Shown: in pieces, positions 11,025 to 21,391 of the stretch
How positions within the stretch are numbered: the stretch's first letter is position 1
Layout: the number at the start of each line of letters is the position of its first letter
Origin: Pirellulales bacterium
Lineage (GTDB): Bacteria; Planctomycetota; Planctomycetia; Pirellulales; PALSA-1355
Reading direction: 5' to 3'
Length of the DNA stretch: 64,000 nucleotides
NCBI GenBank assembly: GCA_963733035.1
Contig: CAVTBU010000005.1
Coordinates: 2,240,001 to 2,304,000, forward strand
Position numbers and translations under genes: made by a program
Notes under the pieces: model-generated
What the model was told of the DNA's origin: nothing
The model's database searches: none
The model's input: the letters and a program-made list of their open reading frames with translations, nothing else

Positions 11025-11864
11025 ATGGTCCACAACATGCCCGTCAAAACGTTGGTCCACAAGGACCTGACGATCGAGGGCTATTCTCGCGCCGCGGTGC
11101 AAACCTATTGGCGCGTGCCGGAACTCAAAATCGGCTTTGATCTTGGGGCACAGCCGTGGGCGTTCATGTCGACGCCCACCTGGTTCGTCTCCCACGCGCA
11201 TCTCGACCACATCGCCTCGATTCCGGTCTACGTCGCGCGGCGGCGGATGATGAAAATGGAACCGCCGACGATCTACCTGCCCACGACCGCGGTGGACCCG
11301 GTGCACAAGATTTTACGATTGTTCACACGGCTCGATCGGGGGCGGATGCCCTGCGAGCTGGTAGGCATCGAACCTGGCAGCGAAATCGAACTTTCCCGCG
11401 AACACGTTGTTACCGTCTCGGCAACCAAGCACACCGTGCCGTCGTTGGGCTTCGTCGTCTGGGAGCGCCGGCGCAAGCTCAAGTCCGAATATCAGGGGCT
11501 CGCCGGCCCACAGATTCGCGATCTGCGGCTGGGAGGCACCGACGTGACTGAGGAGAAACGCATCCCGCGGTTTGCCTATCTGGGCGACAGCGCCCCGGAT
11601 GGGCTCGACCATTGCCCCGCCATGTACGAGGCCCACGTGTTGGTGATGGAGATGACGTTTGTCTCCCCTTCGCATCGCAAGGAGAAAATCCACAAGTTCG
11701 GCCACATCCATCTCGACGACGTCCTCGAGCGCCGCGAGCGATTCAAGAACGAACTGGTCATCGCCTCGCACTTCAGCACCCGCTATAGCATCAAGCGCAT
11801 CCGCGATACCGTCGCCCGTATGGTCCCCGACATGCTCGACGGCCGGCTGCAACTCTGGCTTTGA
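11025..11864 (+). CDS. MBL-fold hydrolase, TM-type tRNase Z-like
   Basis: EGYSRAA, HAHLDH, KLKSEYQGL arm, GDS, MEMT, GHIH, HFSTRY. Confidence 0.75.
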   Translation: MVHNMPVKTLVHKDLTIEGYSRAAVQTYWRVPELKIGFDLGAQPWAFMSTPTWFVSHAHLDHIASIPVYVARRRMMKMEPPTIYLPTTAVDPVHKILRLFTRLDRGRMPCELVGIEPGSEIELSREHVVTVSATKHTVPSLGFVVWERRRKLKSEYQGLAGPQIRDLRLGGTDVTEEKRIPRFAYLGDSAPDGLDHCPAMYEAHVLVMEMTFVSPSHRKEKIHKFGHIHLDDVLERRERFKNELVIASHFSTRYSIKRIRDTVARMVPDMLDGRLQLWL

Positions 11865-11971
11865 GTCGGCGGGTAATTTCGCCCATTCCCTCCGCCGGAG
11901 CAGTCTCGCGTAGAATGTAGCGGCGGCTCGACCGACCGCCGCGCGCCGTTGTTCCCTATCTTTGTTCGCAC

Positions 11972-13114
11972 ATGCAGACCAACTTCCCAGCCCCGCGTTC
12001 CGCGTACGTCCACGTGCCGTTTTGTCGCCATCGGTGTGGATATTGCAATTTCACGCTGGTGGCCGGACGCGACGATTTGATCGCCGACTATCTGCGGGCC
12101 ATGGAGCTGGAACTACGCCGGCTTGGCGAGCCGCGCGAGGTCGACACCCTGTTCTTCGGTGGAGGCACGCCAACGCATTTGCCGCTCGATGCCTTGGAGA
12201 CGCTTCTACAAACAACTCGCCGCTGGTTTCCGCTGGCGGCTGGGGGAGAGTTCAGCGTTGAAGCCAACCCGGTGGACCTGACCCTCGAGAAGGTTGCTCT
12301 GCTGGCCGAGAGCGGCGTCAATCGCCTCAGCCTCGGCGGGCAGTCGTTCGATACGGCCAAACTCGCGCTGCTCGAGCGCGATCATGACGCAAATACCATC
12401 ATCCGCGCCATGGAAGTTGCTCGACAACGAATTGCGGCCGTGTCACTCGATTTGATCTTCGGCGCTCCCGGCGAAACTCTGGATGTCTGGCAGCGCGATC
12501 TCGATTCCGTCTTGACGCTACGGCCCGAGCACGTTTCGACCTATGGTCTGACATTCGAGCGCGGCACCCCGTATTGGAGCCGGCTGCTCGCGGGCGACCT
12601 GAAGCGCCTCGAAGAGGAGACCGAGCGGACGATGTATGCATTGGCGATCAATGCGCTCGCGGAGGGTAAGTTCGAACACTACGAAGTGTCGAATTTCGCG
12701 CGGCCGGGCCATCGCTGCCGGCACAACGAAGCCTACTGGGCTGGTGGTGGGTACTTCGCCGCCGGCCCCGGCGCGGCTCGCTATGTGAACGGCCGCCGTG
12801 AGATGAACCACCGTAGCACGACAACCTGGCTCAAGCGTATCCTGGCCGGCGAGTCACCGGTCGCGGAAAGCGAAACGCTGGCTCCCGAGGATCGCGCTCG
12901 GGAACTGCTCGTGTTTGGGCTGCGACGTCTCGATGGAGTCAAGCGTCAAGAATTTGCCGCGCGGAGCGGCTATACGATCGACGAGCTGGTCGCCAAACCG
13001 CTGGCAGATTTTGTCGAGCACCACCTACTCAGCGATGACAACGACCGCGTGAAACTCACGAAGGCAGGCCTCTTCGTCAGCGATGCCATCTGGCCACATT
13101 TTTTGCGCGGTTGA
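11972..13114 (+). CDS. hemW: Radical SAM heme chaperone HemW (HemN-like)
   Basis: YVHVPFCRHRCGYCNF, FGGGTP, YEVSNFA, HNEAYW. Confidence 0.88.
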   Translation: MQTNFPAPRSAYVHVPFCRHRCGYCNFTLVAGRDDLIADYLRAMELELRRLGEPREVDTLFFGGGTPTHLPLDALETLLQTTRRWFPLAAGGEFSVEANPVDLTLEKVALLAESGVNRLSLGGQSFDTAKLALLERDHDANTIIRAMEVARQRIAAVSLDLIFGAPGETLDVWQRDLDSVLTLRPEHVSTYGLTFERGTPYWSRLLAGDLKRLEEETERTMYALAINALAEGKFEHYEVSNFARPGHRCRHNEAYWAGGGYFAAGPGAARYVNGRREMNHRSTTTWLKRILAGESPVAESETLAPEDRARELLVFGLRRLDGVKRQEFAARSGYTIDELVAKPLADFVEHHLLSDDNDRVKLTKAGLFVSDAIWPHFLRG

Positions 13115-13150
13115 AAGCGCAGCCGGCACTGCTACCGGGTAAGGTGCGAG

Positions 13151-13363
13151 CTATTGGGCCACGTCGGGCGGAGGGGGCTCCACGGCCGGCGTAATATAAC
13201 CGGGCGGAGTTGTCGCTGGCGCCGGCGGCCCCGGTTGGTAGTGCTCGATGTTCGGGTTATTGAAGCCGTAAGCGTTCTGATAGAACCGCTTTGGACCAGC
13301 GCAGCAGCCGACCATCCCTGCAATAAGCAGCCCCGCCATCGCGCTGGCAACAAGCCGGCTCAT
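13151..13363 (-). CDS. Small Pro-rich putative lipoprotein
   Basis: Signal peptide with lipobox-like MVGC; GGAG upstream; fills the gap between genes. Confidence 0.55.
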   Translation of the reverse strand: MSRLVASAMAGLLIAGMVGCCAGPKRFYQNAYGFNNPNIEHYQPGPPAPATTPPGYITPAVEPPPPDVAQ

Positions 13364-13601
13364 ACGCCTACTCCCGCATCAAACACTGACGATTCCAAGG
13401 AACCTATCTCGATTATCGGTTGTGATAGTCGCGCAAGATGATCGTATTCACGATCGCAAGCTGCTAGCAGGTTCCACGGGGACTCAGCCACGCAACCTCC
13501 GCTGCCCAGCTAGCAACCAACGGAGTGGTTAAGTATCCTGGCTCGCACGCGGCGATGCCTCTGCCTACGAAAGCCAACTTCCCGGCGACTCCCTCGCGCT
13601 G

Positions 13602-14924
13602 ATGCCCAACCCTCCGATTGATTCCACGTCTGCCATCGAACCGACTGCGACCCACCACCTGCGCGACCTCTCTGCCGCGCAGTGGAAGAGCGGCGTTGCC
13701 GCCTGGTTGGGGTGGTTGTTTGATGGGCTGGACATGCACCTCTACACGCTTGTGGCGTTGCCATTCGTGGCGACGTTGATGGCCGTGGATGAAACGGATC
13801 CGCTGGTCGGCACCCGGGCGGCTTATATTCAGGCGGCCTTCTTGTTTGGCTGGGCGCTCGGCGGCGGGTTCTTTGGACGAATCGGCGATCGGCTCGGACG
13901 AAGCCGGGCGCTGGTGCTTACGATCCTGACCTATGCCGTCTTCACCGGACTATCGTTCTTTGCGCAAGCCTGGTGGCATTTGCTCATCTTTCGTTTCCTC
14001 GCAGCGCTGGGCATCGGCGGCGAATGGGCCGTTGGCGCGGCGCTGCTTTCGGAAACCTGGCCCAAGCGTTGGCGACCATGGCTCGCTGCCGTGCTGCAAT
14101 CCGGTGTCAACTTGGGCATCGTGCTGGCCACCGTAGCCGCGTACCTGCTCTCGGGCTTCGAACACCGGTACGTGTTTCTGGTCGGTATCTTGCCGGCGCT
14201 GATTACGCTTTGGATTCGCCGCGCGGTGCCCGAAACAGAAGCCTGGCACGCGGCGAAATCGGCCGGCGGCGAGGTCGATCCAAGCATTTGGGAACTGTTT
14301 CGCGGTGACGTGCGACGAACTACCTTGCTCACGATCGCCGTTTGTGCGCTGTCGCTTTCGGCGCACTGGGCATTCGCATTCTGGAGCGTGCAGCAGTTGC
14401 GGAACCTGCCGGAAATTTTCGCCTGGACACCCGCCGAGAAAAGCCAGCTCGTGAGCCAAGCATTCGCTCTGTTGATGGTTTCATCGATCGTCGGAAACTT
14501 CTTCGCCGCCTGGCTCGCCCGCTGGATCGGCTATCGCGCGTCGATCGCGTCGCTGTGCCTGGTCTATGCCGCGACACTGCTGTTCACGTACTCAACGCCG
14601 CGAGACTACCGCCAGATGATGTGGCTTTGGCCGATCCTGGGCGCTTCGTCAGGGTTGTTCGCACTGTTCACCATGTATTTGCCGCCGCTATTTCCCACAC
14701 TACTTCGCACGACCGGCGCCGGATTTTGTTATAACATCGGTCGCATCGCCGCCGCCGTAGGCACGCTGTTCTTCGGTCTCTACAGCCAGGTCAGCGACTT
14801 TCGCACGGCGCTGTTTTATACCGGCTTCGTGTTCGTGCCAGCGGGCATCGTGGCGATGTTTTTGCCCAATCCGCTCGACGAACTTGAGCTTGTAACCACG
14901 CCCGAGTTAGTCCCCGTCGAATAA
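13602..14924 (+). CDS. MFS transporter
   Basis: GWLFDGLD, GRIGDRLGR, GIGGEW, LFPTLLRTTGAG. Confidence 0.92.
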   Translation: MPNPPIDSTSAIEPTATHHLRDLSAAQWKSGVAAWLGWLFDGLDMHLYTLVALPFVATLMAVDETDPLVGTRAAYIQAAFLFGWALGGGFFGRIGDRLGRSRALVLTILTYAVFTGLSFFAQAWWHLLIFRFLAALGIGGEWAVGAALLSETWPKRWRPWLAAVLQSGVNLGIVLATVAAYLLSGFEHRYVFLVGILPALITLWIRRAVPETEAWHAAKSAGGEVDPSIWELFRGDVRRTTLLTIAVCALSLSAHWAFAFWSVQQLRNLPEIFAWTPAEKSQLVSQAFALLMVSSIVGNFFAAWLARWIGYRASIASLCLVYAATLLFTYSTPRDYRQMMWLWPILGASSGLFALFTMYLPPLFPTLLRTTGAGFCYNIGRIAAAVGTLFFGLYSQVSDFRTALFYTGFVFVPAGIVAMFLPNPLDELELVTTPELVPVE

Positions 14925-14944
14925 ATCCTTGCAGGTTCTCCCCA

Positions 14945-15988
14945 ATGAACATCCAGCGTGCCAAGCTCCAAGAATTCACTGCCAACATTTTTGCCGCCGC
15001 GGGATGCGCGGCTGAAGAGGCCGGCCGCATTGGTCACTATCTCACCGAAGCAAATCTCGTCGGGCACGATTCTCACGGCGTAATCCGCGTCCCATCGTAC
15101 ATCGATTGGCTCAAGGCTGGAAAAGTCGTGGCCAATCGCACCATTCGCGTCGACTTCGAAAACGAGGTGATCGCCGTCGTTGACGGGCAATACGGTTTTG
15201 GCCAGTCAATCGGCGAACAAGCCACGAAATATGGTATCGAGAAATGTGCGGGGCAGGGCGTTGCGGTCGTCGCGCTGCGCAATGCCGGGCACTTGGGACG
15301 CATCGGCGACTGGCCGCTGTTGGCTGCACGGTCAGGGCTCGTGTCGCTGCATTTCGTGAACACCAGCGGCATGGGCATTTTGGTGGCGCCGTTCGGCGGA
15401 AAGCAGCGGCGGCTGTCGGCCGATCCGATTGCGGCCGGTGTGCCTGTCGCCGGCGGTGAGCCGATTCTGCTCGACATGTCGAGCTGCACGATCGCCGAAG
15501 GCAAGCTCCGCGTCGCTTTCAATAAAGGCGTGAGCGTGCCCGAGGGCTGCATCATCGACGCTGAGGGAAAGCCCACCACCGATCCCAAGGTGTTTTACGC
15601 CGATCCGCCCGGCGCGATCCTGCCGATCGCCGGACACAAAGGATACGCCCTGGGCTTCATCGTCGAGATGATGGCCGGCGCGCTAACCGGGGGCGGCGCC
15701 AGCAACCCCAACAAAGCCGGCCGGCTGGCCAACGGCATGCTCTCGATCTACATGGATCCCAAGAAGTTTCGCGACGCGGCCGAATTCGCCACCGATGTCG
15801 AGCAGTTCATCGCCTGGGTCAAAAGTTGCCCCACGCAGGAGCCCGGCGGCGAAATCCTGGTCCCCGGCGACATTGAAGTGCGGACCAAGGCCCAGCGGCT
15901 CGAACGCGGCATTGAACTCGACGACAACACCTGGCAAAACCTGGTCAACGTGGCGCACGAGCTTGGTGTGCAAAATCCTGACAGGTAA
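14945..15988 (+). CDS. Ldh_2 family oxidoreductase (malate/L-lactate/ureidoglycolate dehydrogenase, YbiC-like)
   Basis: GHDSHGV, GHLGRIG, GHKGYAL, ILVPGD. Confidence 0.88.
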   Translation: MNIQRAKLQEFTANIFAAAGCAAEEAGRIGHYLTEANLVGHDSHGVIRVPSYIDWLKAGKVVANRTIRVDFENEVIAVVDGQYGFGQSIGEQATKYGIEKCAGQGVAVVALRNAGHLGRIGDWPLLAARSGLVSLHFVNTSGMGILVAPFGGKQRRLSADPIAAGVPVAGGEPILLDMSSCTIAEGKLRVAFNKGVSVPEGCIIDAEGKPTTDPKVFYADPPGAILPIAGHKGYALGFIVEMMAGALTGGGASNPNKAGRLANGMLSIYMDPKKFRDAAEFATDVEQFIAWVKSCPTQEPGGEILVPGDIEVRTKAQRLERGIELDDNTWQNLVNVAHELGVQNPDR

Positions 15989-16050
15989 GGCGACTGGCAG
16001 CCTCGGCAGTGAGTTGCCCATCCTCACGCAACGCAGCGTAAGTTGTTGGA

Positions 16051-17256
16051 TCACAAGCCGGCCTTCTCTCGCGCCAGCTCCAGCTTCGCCTGCAACTGCG
16101 CGTTCTGCGGTTGGGACTTGATCAACTGTTCGAGCAGCGGCACGGCCTCGTTGTAGTTCTGCTTCTCCAGATACGCGTCTGCCAGGCCGTACGTGCCGGC
16201 GTTCGGGCCGGGCGACACCTTAAGCATGTGCTTCCAAACCTTTATCGCTTCATCCAGCTTGCCTTCGGCTTTGAGCACCCGAGCCATGCCGTTGAGCACG
16301 CCGGCGGCGTCCGGTTCGATCTTGAGCGCTTTTTCGAAATGTGGCTTGGCCTTTTCCGGCAGTCCGCTGTTGAGCAGCGCCCAGCCCAGCCCGTTCAAGA
16401 CGTTGGGGTTGTCGGGATCTGCGGCCAGGACCTTTTGGAACAGCTCGCGCTTCGGCGTTGCGGCCTTGATTAAACAGTCGCCAGGCTTGCATGAATTCGG
16501 CCTGCGAATCGGCCGGCGCTGGCGGCTCGATCAACCGCCGTAGTTCGTCCGGAAGCTGCCTGTTCTTGGCGGCCGCAAGCATTTGCCTCGCACCGTCGTC
16601 GCTTTCGCCCGAGTTGACGATCTTCTGCGCCCATTTCTGGGCCTGTGCGTATTTGCCTTCGAGCAGGTAGAGCTTGGCCAGTGCGTACCAGGCTGCCGTC
16701 GCCTGCGGGGCGGCTTTGAGCAAATACTTCTCGGCCACGTCGTACTTGCGATCCAGCAGCGCCAGTTGTCCCAACCCGTTGAGCGCGGCAGGATGCTTCG
16801 GTTCCAGGGCGATGGCTTTCTTGAAGGCCTGCTCGGCCTCGGCGCTGCGTCCCGAGTTAAAATTACTCCAGCCAAGACCGTTCCAGGCACTGGTGTTCTT
16901 GGGAGCCAACTTGACGGCCTGTTCGAATTTTGCGCAGCTTCGTCCACCTGGCGCGCCTGCCAGAGCTGCCAACCTTGTTTTGTGAGCACCGCCGACTCGT
17001 CGGCGTGGGCAGCTGCGCCGGTTCCCACCATGGTCAAAGCCACCAACACAGCGCACAGGATCGCAAGCATGGTCAGTCCTCCCACGATTGAGTAGACGAG
17101 GTATTTCCGCCGCGCACGCTGGCGTTCTTCGATCTGCAGCGACTGGACCAGCAGGTCGTCGGCCTTCTGCATGGCATGTTCCAGCCGAGCATCGTCGGTC
17201 GCCGCGGCGGCGCTGGCACCGAGCCGTCCCTTTCCGGTAGGGCGAGATTCACGCAT
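16051..17256 (-). CDS. Membrane-anchored tetratricopeptide repeat protein (two apparent frameshifts, ~16930 and ~16445)
   Basis: ORFs 16531-17274, 16250-17056 and 16051-16398 join into an N-terminal segment, a TM helix and many TPRs (AWNGLGW, ALNGLGQ, LNGLGWA, LNGMAR). Confidence 0.8.
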
Positions 17257-17270
17257 GATTGCACCGGCTA

Positions 17271-17645
17271 TCAAATTCGCTTGATCAGACGCGCGGCATC
17301 CTCGGCGTTGGTTTTGCCCGGCTCGACCGCATCGAGCAGGCTGCCGCGCACACGCTGGGTCTTGGCGATTTCGCCACGTATCGCTTCGATCACTTTGTCC
17401 AACCGCGAGCGAACCGTGGGATAGGAGACCCCGACTTGTTCGGCGATTTCCTTCAAACTGCCGCTGGCCAGCACGAACATCTCGATGAACCGCTGATGTT
17501 CAATCGGCAAGCCGGCCAGCCGCGACATGGGAAACGCCGAGCAAACCGCGACGCGACACGCATCACACGTCATCTCCGTAATCCGCATCGACTCGCCACA
17601 GTACGGACAATCGTGCCCCACGGGGCGTGCATCGATATTGGACAT
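17271..17645 (-). CDS. DUF2089 family zinc-ribbon/HTH protein (putative regulator)
   Basis: CPYC...CDAC ribbon, FIEMFVLASGSLKEIAEQVGVSYPTVRSRLD; AAGGTGG RBS before ATG 17645. Confidence 0.88.
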   Translation of the reverse strand: MSNIDARPVGHDCPYCGESMRITEMTCDACRVAVCSAFPMSRLAGLPIEHQRFIEMFVLASGSLKEIAEQVGVSYPTVRSRLDKVIEAIRGEIAKTQRVRGSLLDAVEPGKTNAEDAARLIKRI

Positions 17646-18221
17646 AGCCACCTTTCATTTATGGATGTTTTTAGCAGATTAAGTGACTATTGTAAATCTT
17701 TTATCGCATATACTGTAAATATTATCAATTCTGAACCATACGCCAAGGGCATCGCCAACACCCAAGCATCAAGTCGGCACATGGGTTGATTTCGGCGAGC
17801 CGCCGAATGTGTCGACTCCATGAGCGAGGCCCTTACGCACCACTTGCCCGGCTTCTCCCCAGCACCACGCCGATCAAGATCGAGCGGGGGCGGGTGGTGC
17901 GTGATCGCTGCGTTGCCGGTTTCGCCGGTCGATTCGGCACGCTTCGCAGCATCAGCGACGAAGAATACCACGGAGCGTTGGGCGTCGTTGTGGCTTGATA
18001 TTGCCCCCCTGATAGAATGCATCTCTCAGCGGAACAGGCACGAATCTCAACCTCGCACCGAGGCGCTACTGCTACACGGAAACGATTTCGCCAGTCGCGT
18101 CGTTACCAGTCCACGGCGGAATTGATTCCGCGGGCGCACGCCAGTCAACGCTCGGTTCGAGCGCCTCGCGGACAATCAAAAACGGACATCCGCCAAATCT
18201 CATTTCCGTGCGAGGTGTGTC

Positions 18222-18866
18222 ATGCCAGCCGTTCTGCGGTCGTGGTGCGTTTTGTTCTTGCTCTTGCCCGCGGTAGCGCGCGGCGCGTTTCTCCAGTGGA
18301 CTGTCACCAACGGTGGCAACGACCACTACTACACGTACGTCGATATGCCGACGACGTGGCAACAGGCGGCTGAACTGGCCGCCGCCATTACGTTTTACGG
18401 ACAACCGGGATATCTCGCCACGATCACCTCCGAGGGTGAGAACAATTTCATCATCGACAACTTCGATCAGCGCGGTTGGCTCGGGGGGAGCGACGCCGCG
18501 GTGGAGGGCGAGTGGCGTTGGGTCGTCGGTCCCGAGGCGGGTGAGCTCTTTTTCGTGGGCCAGTATCCCGATCCCCTTCGGCACACGCTGATCTACTCGG
18601 ACTGGGGCGGCAACGAGCCGAACGACTACGACAACACGCAATTCGGCTTCCCGTACCCCGGTGAAGATTACCTGCAATTTGATCCAGCTCGTGGTGGCGA
18701 ATGGAACGACTCCCCAGGCGACCCGCAGATCTACGACGGCTTCTACGTCGAATTTTCCGCGATCCCGGAACCAGCGAGCCTGCTGCTGTGCGGAGAGGCT
18801 GCGCTGTTTGCAATGGCCGTAGCCTGGCGCAAGCTCGCCAAGTTCAGGTCATCACGAGTGGTGTGA
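18222..18866 (+). CDS. Secreted C-type lectin domain protein with PEP-CTERM sorting signal
   Basis: Signal peptide; GYLATITS..EN, WLGGSD...EG.WRW, EPN and WND motifs; C-terminal IPEP, TM and basic tail. Confidence 0.85.
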   Translation: MPAVLRSWCVLFLLLPAVARGAFLQWTVTNGGNDHYYTYVDMPTTWQQAAELAAAITFYGQPGYLATITSEGENNFIIDNFDQRGWLGGSDAAVEGEWRWVVGPEAGELFFVGQYPDPLRHTLIYSDWGGNEPNDYDNTQFGFPYPGEDYLQFDPARGGEWNDSPGDPQIYDGFYVEFSAIPEPASLLLCGEAALFAMAVAWRKLAKFRSSRVV

Positions 18867-19110
18867 TGTGTGCAGCACCGTGGAATCTTGTGAGCACACC
18901 ACGTGCTATTTTGCTGGAATCCAGCCATGAGCTTCAACGCATTAATCGTATCCGGGAATCGCGTTCGAACCACCGCAGGGACGTTCGAAGAATTCGAAGC
19001 CATGGTTCTATGCTGGCAGCTGTTCGGTTGCCCCAAACTCACGCCACCGATAGACTTGACCTTGCTGCCCGAACCTCGCCCCACAGTGCTGTCGTTCCCC
19101 GGTTTTTCTT

Positions 19111-20223
19111 ATGTCGCGCATCGTGTTAGCCATGTCGGGGGGAGTGGATAGCAGCGTCGCTGCACACTTGCTCAGGCAAGCCGGGCATGACGTGATCGGC
19201 GTGTTCATGCGACACGGCGAGCCGCCCGAATCACATTGTTCGTCCGAGGATAAGCCCTCCGGTGGTCTGCCGGTTCTTGGCATTCGCACCGATCACAAGC
19301 AGGGTTGTTGCACCGCCAGCGACGCGATGGATGCCCGCCGGGTGGCCGATCGGCTGGAGATTCCGTTCTATGCCATTGACTTTCAGACCGACTTTGCACG
19401 GATCATCGACTACTTCATCGACGAGTACACGGCCGCCCGCACGCCGAACCCTTGCGTGATGTGCAACAACTGGATCAAGTTCGGCCGGTTGTTCGACTAC
19501 GCCGACAGTGTGGGGGCGGAATTTGTCGCCACGGGACACTATGCCCGCTTGGCAGATGATCCAGACGGCGGGCCCGGTCTATATCGTGGTGTCGACCTGT
19601 CGAAGGACCAGTCGTACGTGCTATTTGGCATCGAGCGCGAATATCTGCGGCGTATGCTGTTGCCGGTGGGGGGCTTTCAGAAAAGCGACATTCGCCAAAT
19701 GGCCGGCGAGTTGGGCCTGGCCGTGGCCGACAAGCGCGACAGCCAGGAGATATGTTTCGTGCCGGCAGGAAACCACGCCGAGTTCATCCGCCGCAAGCGG
19801 CCCGACACCGACTTGGCCGGCGAAGTTGTGATGTCTGACGGCCGCGTGGTCGGCACGCACGACGGGCTCGAGCGGTTCACCATCGGACAGCGCAGGGGCG
19901 TTGGCATCGCGCTGGGCGAACCACGGTTCGTCGTCCGCCTCGAACGCGATACGAACCGCGTCGTGCTCGGCTCCAAAGAAGAACTCGGACGTCGCACGCT
20001 CTCGGCCGATCGCACCAATTGGCTAGTGGCCGAGCCGCGCGAGCCCCGGCCGTGTCACATCAAGATCCGCTACAACGCGGCGCCAGCGCCCGGCAGCGTT
20101 GTGGCCCAGCCAGGCCAGCGATTGCAAGTGACGTTTGATGAGCCACAGTTTGGAGTTGCGCCGGGCCAGGCCGTCGTCTGCTACGATGGTGAGCGATTGC
20201 TCGGCGGCGGCTGGATCGAGTAG
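19111..20223 (+). CDS. mnmA: tRNA-specific 2-thiouridylase MnmA
   Basis: [41 protein letters not shown]. Confidence 0.96.
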   Translation: MSRIVLAMSGGVDSSVAAHLLRQAGHDVIGVFMRHGEPPESHCSSEDKPSGGLPVLGIRTDHKQGCCTASDAMDARRVADRLEIPFYAIDFQTDFARIIDYFIDEYTAARTPNPCVMCNNWIKFGRLFDYADSVGAEFVATGHYARLADDPDGGPGLYRGVDLSKDQSYVLFGIEREYLRRMLLPVGGFQKSDIRQMAGELGLAVADKRDSQEICFVPAGNHAEFIRRKRPDTDLAGEVVMSDGRVVGTHDGLERFTIGQRRGVGIALGEPRFVVRLERDTNRVVLGSKEELGRRTLSADRTNWLVAEPREPRPCHIKIRYNAAPAPGSVVAQPGQRLQVTFDEPQFGVAPGQAVVCYDGERLLGGGWIE

Positions 20224-20321
20224 CCGCGTGCTGTTCGCGCGGCCGCGAGTCGGATATGCTTAACGGTACCCGAGCCTGCAAAAGTTTGGCTCCTCCAAGC
20301 GTGCACGAGAGCGAGGTGATC

Positions 20322-21362
20322 ATGATGGCTTCCGTTTGGCCGACCCTGCTTGCTCAGGCTCCCGATGCCGGCGGCCCGACTCCGGTTCACTGGGCCATCA
20401 TGCTCGGTCTGCTGTTGGCCGTGGTGTTTATGTTCATGTTCGTCGTGGCCGTGCTGGCTTATGGTCGGCTTTGGTTTCAGGCGTACATGTCGAATGCCCG
20501 CGTCGGATTCCTGAGCCTGATCGGCATGAGCTTGCGGCAGGTCAACTCGGCGGTGATTCTGAAAGCCAAGATCATGGCCCTGCAGGCCGGCGTGGGGAAC
20601 GATCCAACCACCGGCATCACCACCCGCCGGCTCGAGGCCCACTACCTGGCCGGCGGCAACGTGCCGAACGTGATCAACGCGATCATCGCCGCGCATCGGG
20701 CCGATATCGACCTGGACTTCGACCGTGCGGCCGCCATCGACCTGGCCGGACGCGACGTGCTCGAAGCCGTACGGACGAGCGTCTATCCGAAGGTGATCGA
20801 CTGCCCCGACCCGACCAAGGCGAAGAAATCGCACTTGAGCGCGGTCGCCCGCAACGGCGTGGAACTGAAGATTCGCGCGCGGGTGACGGTCCGCACGAAC
20901 CTGGCCCAGTTGATCGGCGGCGCAACCGAGGAAACGATCATCGCCCGGGTGGGCGAAGGCATCATCACGTCGATTGGTTCGGCGCAAAGTCATCTGGAGG
21001 TGATGGAAAACCCGCATCGGATTTCCAAGGCCGTACTCGACCGGGGGCTCGACGCGCATACGGCGTTTGAAATCGTGTCGATCGATATTGCCGACATCGA
21101 TGTCGGAGAAAACATCGGCGCGCGGCTGCAGGCCGATCAGGCCGAGGCCGACACGCGCGTTGCTCGGGCCAAGGCCGAGGAACGTCGAGCGAACGCGATC
21201 GCCAGCGAACAGGAAATGAAAGCGCGCGTCGCCGAAAACCGCGCTCGCGTCATTCTGGCCGAGGCCGAGGTTCCCCTCGCCATGGCCGACGCATTTCTGT
21301 CTGGCAACTTGTTCGGCCAGCACTCGCCAGATGGCCCCGGTGGCAACGGCCGCGGCACGTAA
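20322..21362 (+). CDS. floA: Flotillin-like protein FloA (YqfA family)
   Basis: [58 protein letters not shown]. Confidence 0.92.
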   Translation: MMASVWPTLLAQAPDAGGPTPVHWAIMLGLLLAVVFMFMFVVAVLAYGRLWFQAYMSNARVGFLSLIGMSLRQVNSAVILKAKIMALQAGVGNDPTTGITTRRLEAHYLAGGNVPNVINAIIAAHRADIDLDFDRAAAIDLAGRDVLEAVRTSVYPKVIDCPDPTKAKKSHLSAVARNGVELKIRARVTVRTNLAQLIGGATEETIIARVGEGIITSIGSAQSHLEVMENPHRISKAVLDRGLDAHTAFEIVSIDIADIDVGENIGARLQADQAEADTRVARAKAEERRANAIASEQEMKARVAENRARVILAEAEVPLAMADAFLSGNLFGQHSPDGPGGNGRGT

Positions 21363-21391
21363 GACCTCTCATCGTTTCCGGAGGTCACGCC

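Noticed and set aside
17772..17817. Hairpin AGTCGGCACAT / ATGTGTCGACT in the DUF2089-lectin intergenic region
   Set aside because: Isolated, no U-tract and no family resemblance; not enough to call an RNA.
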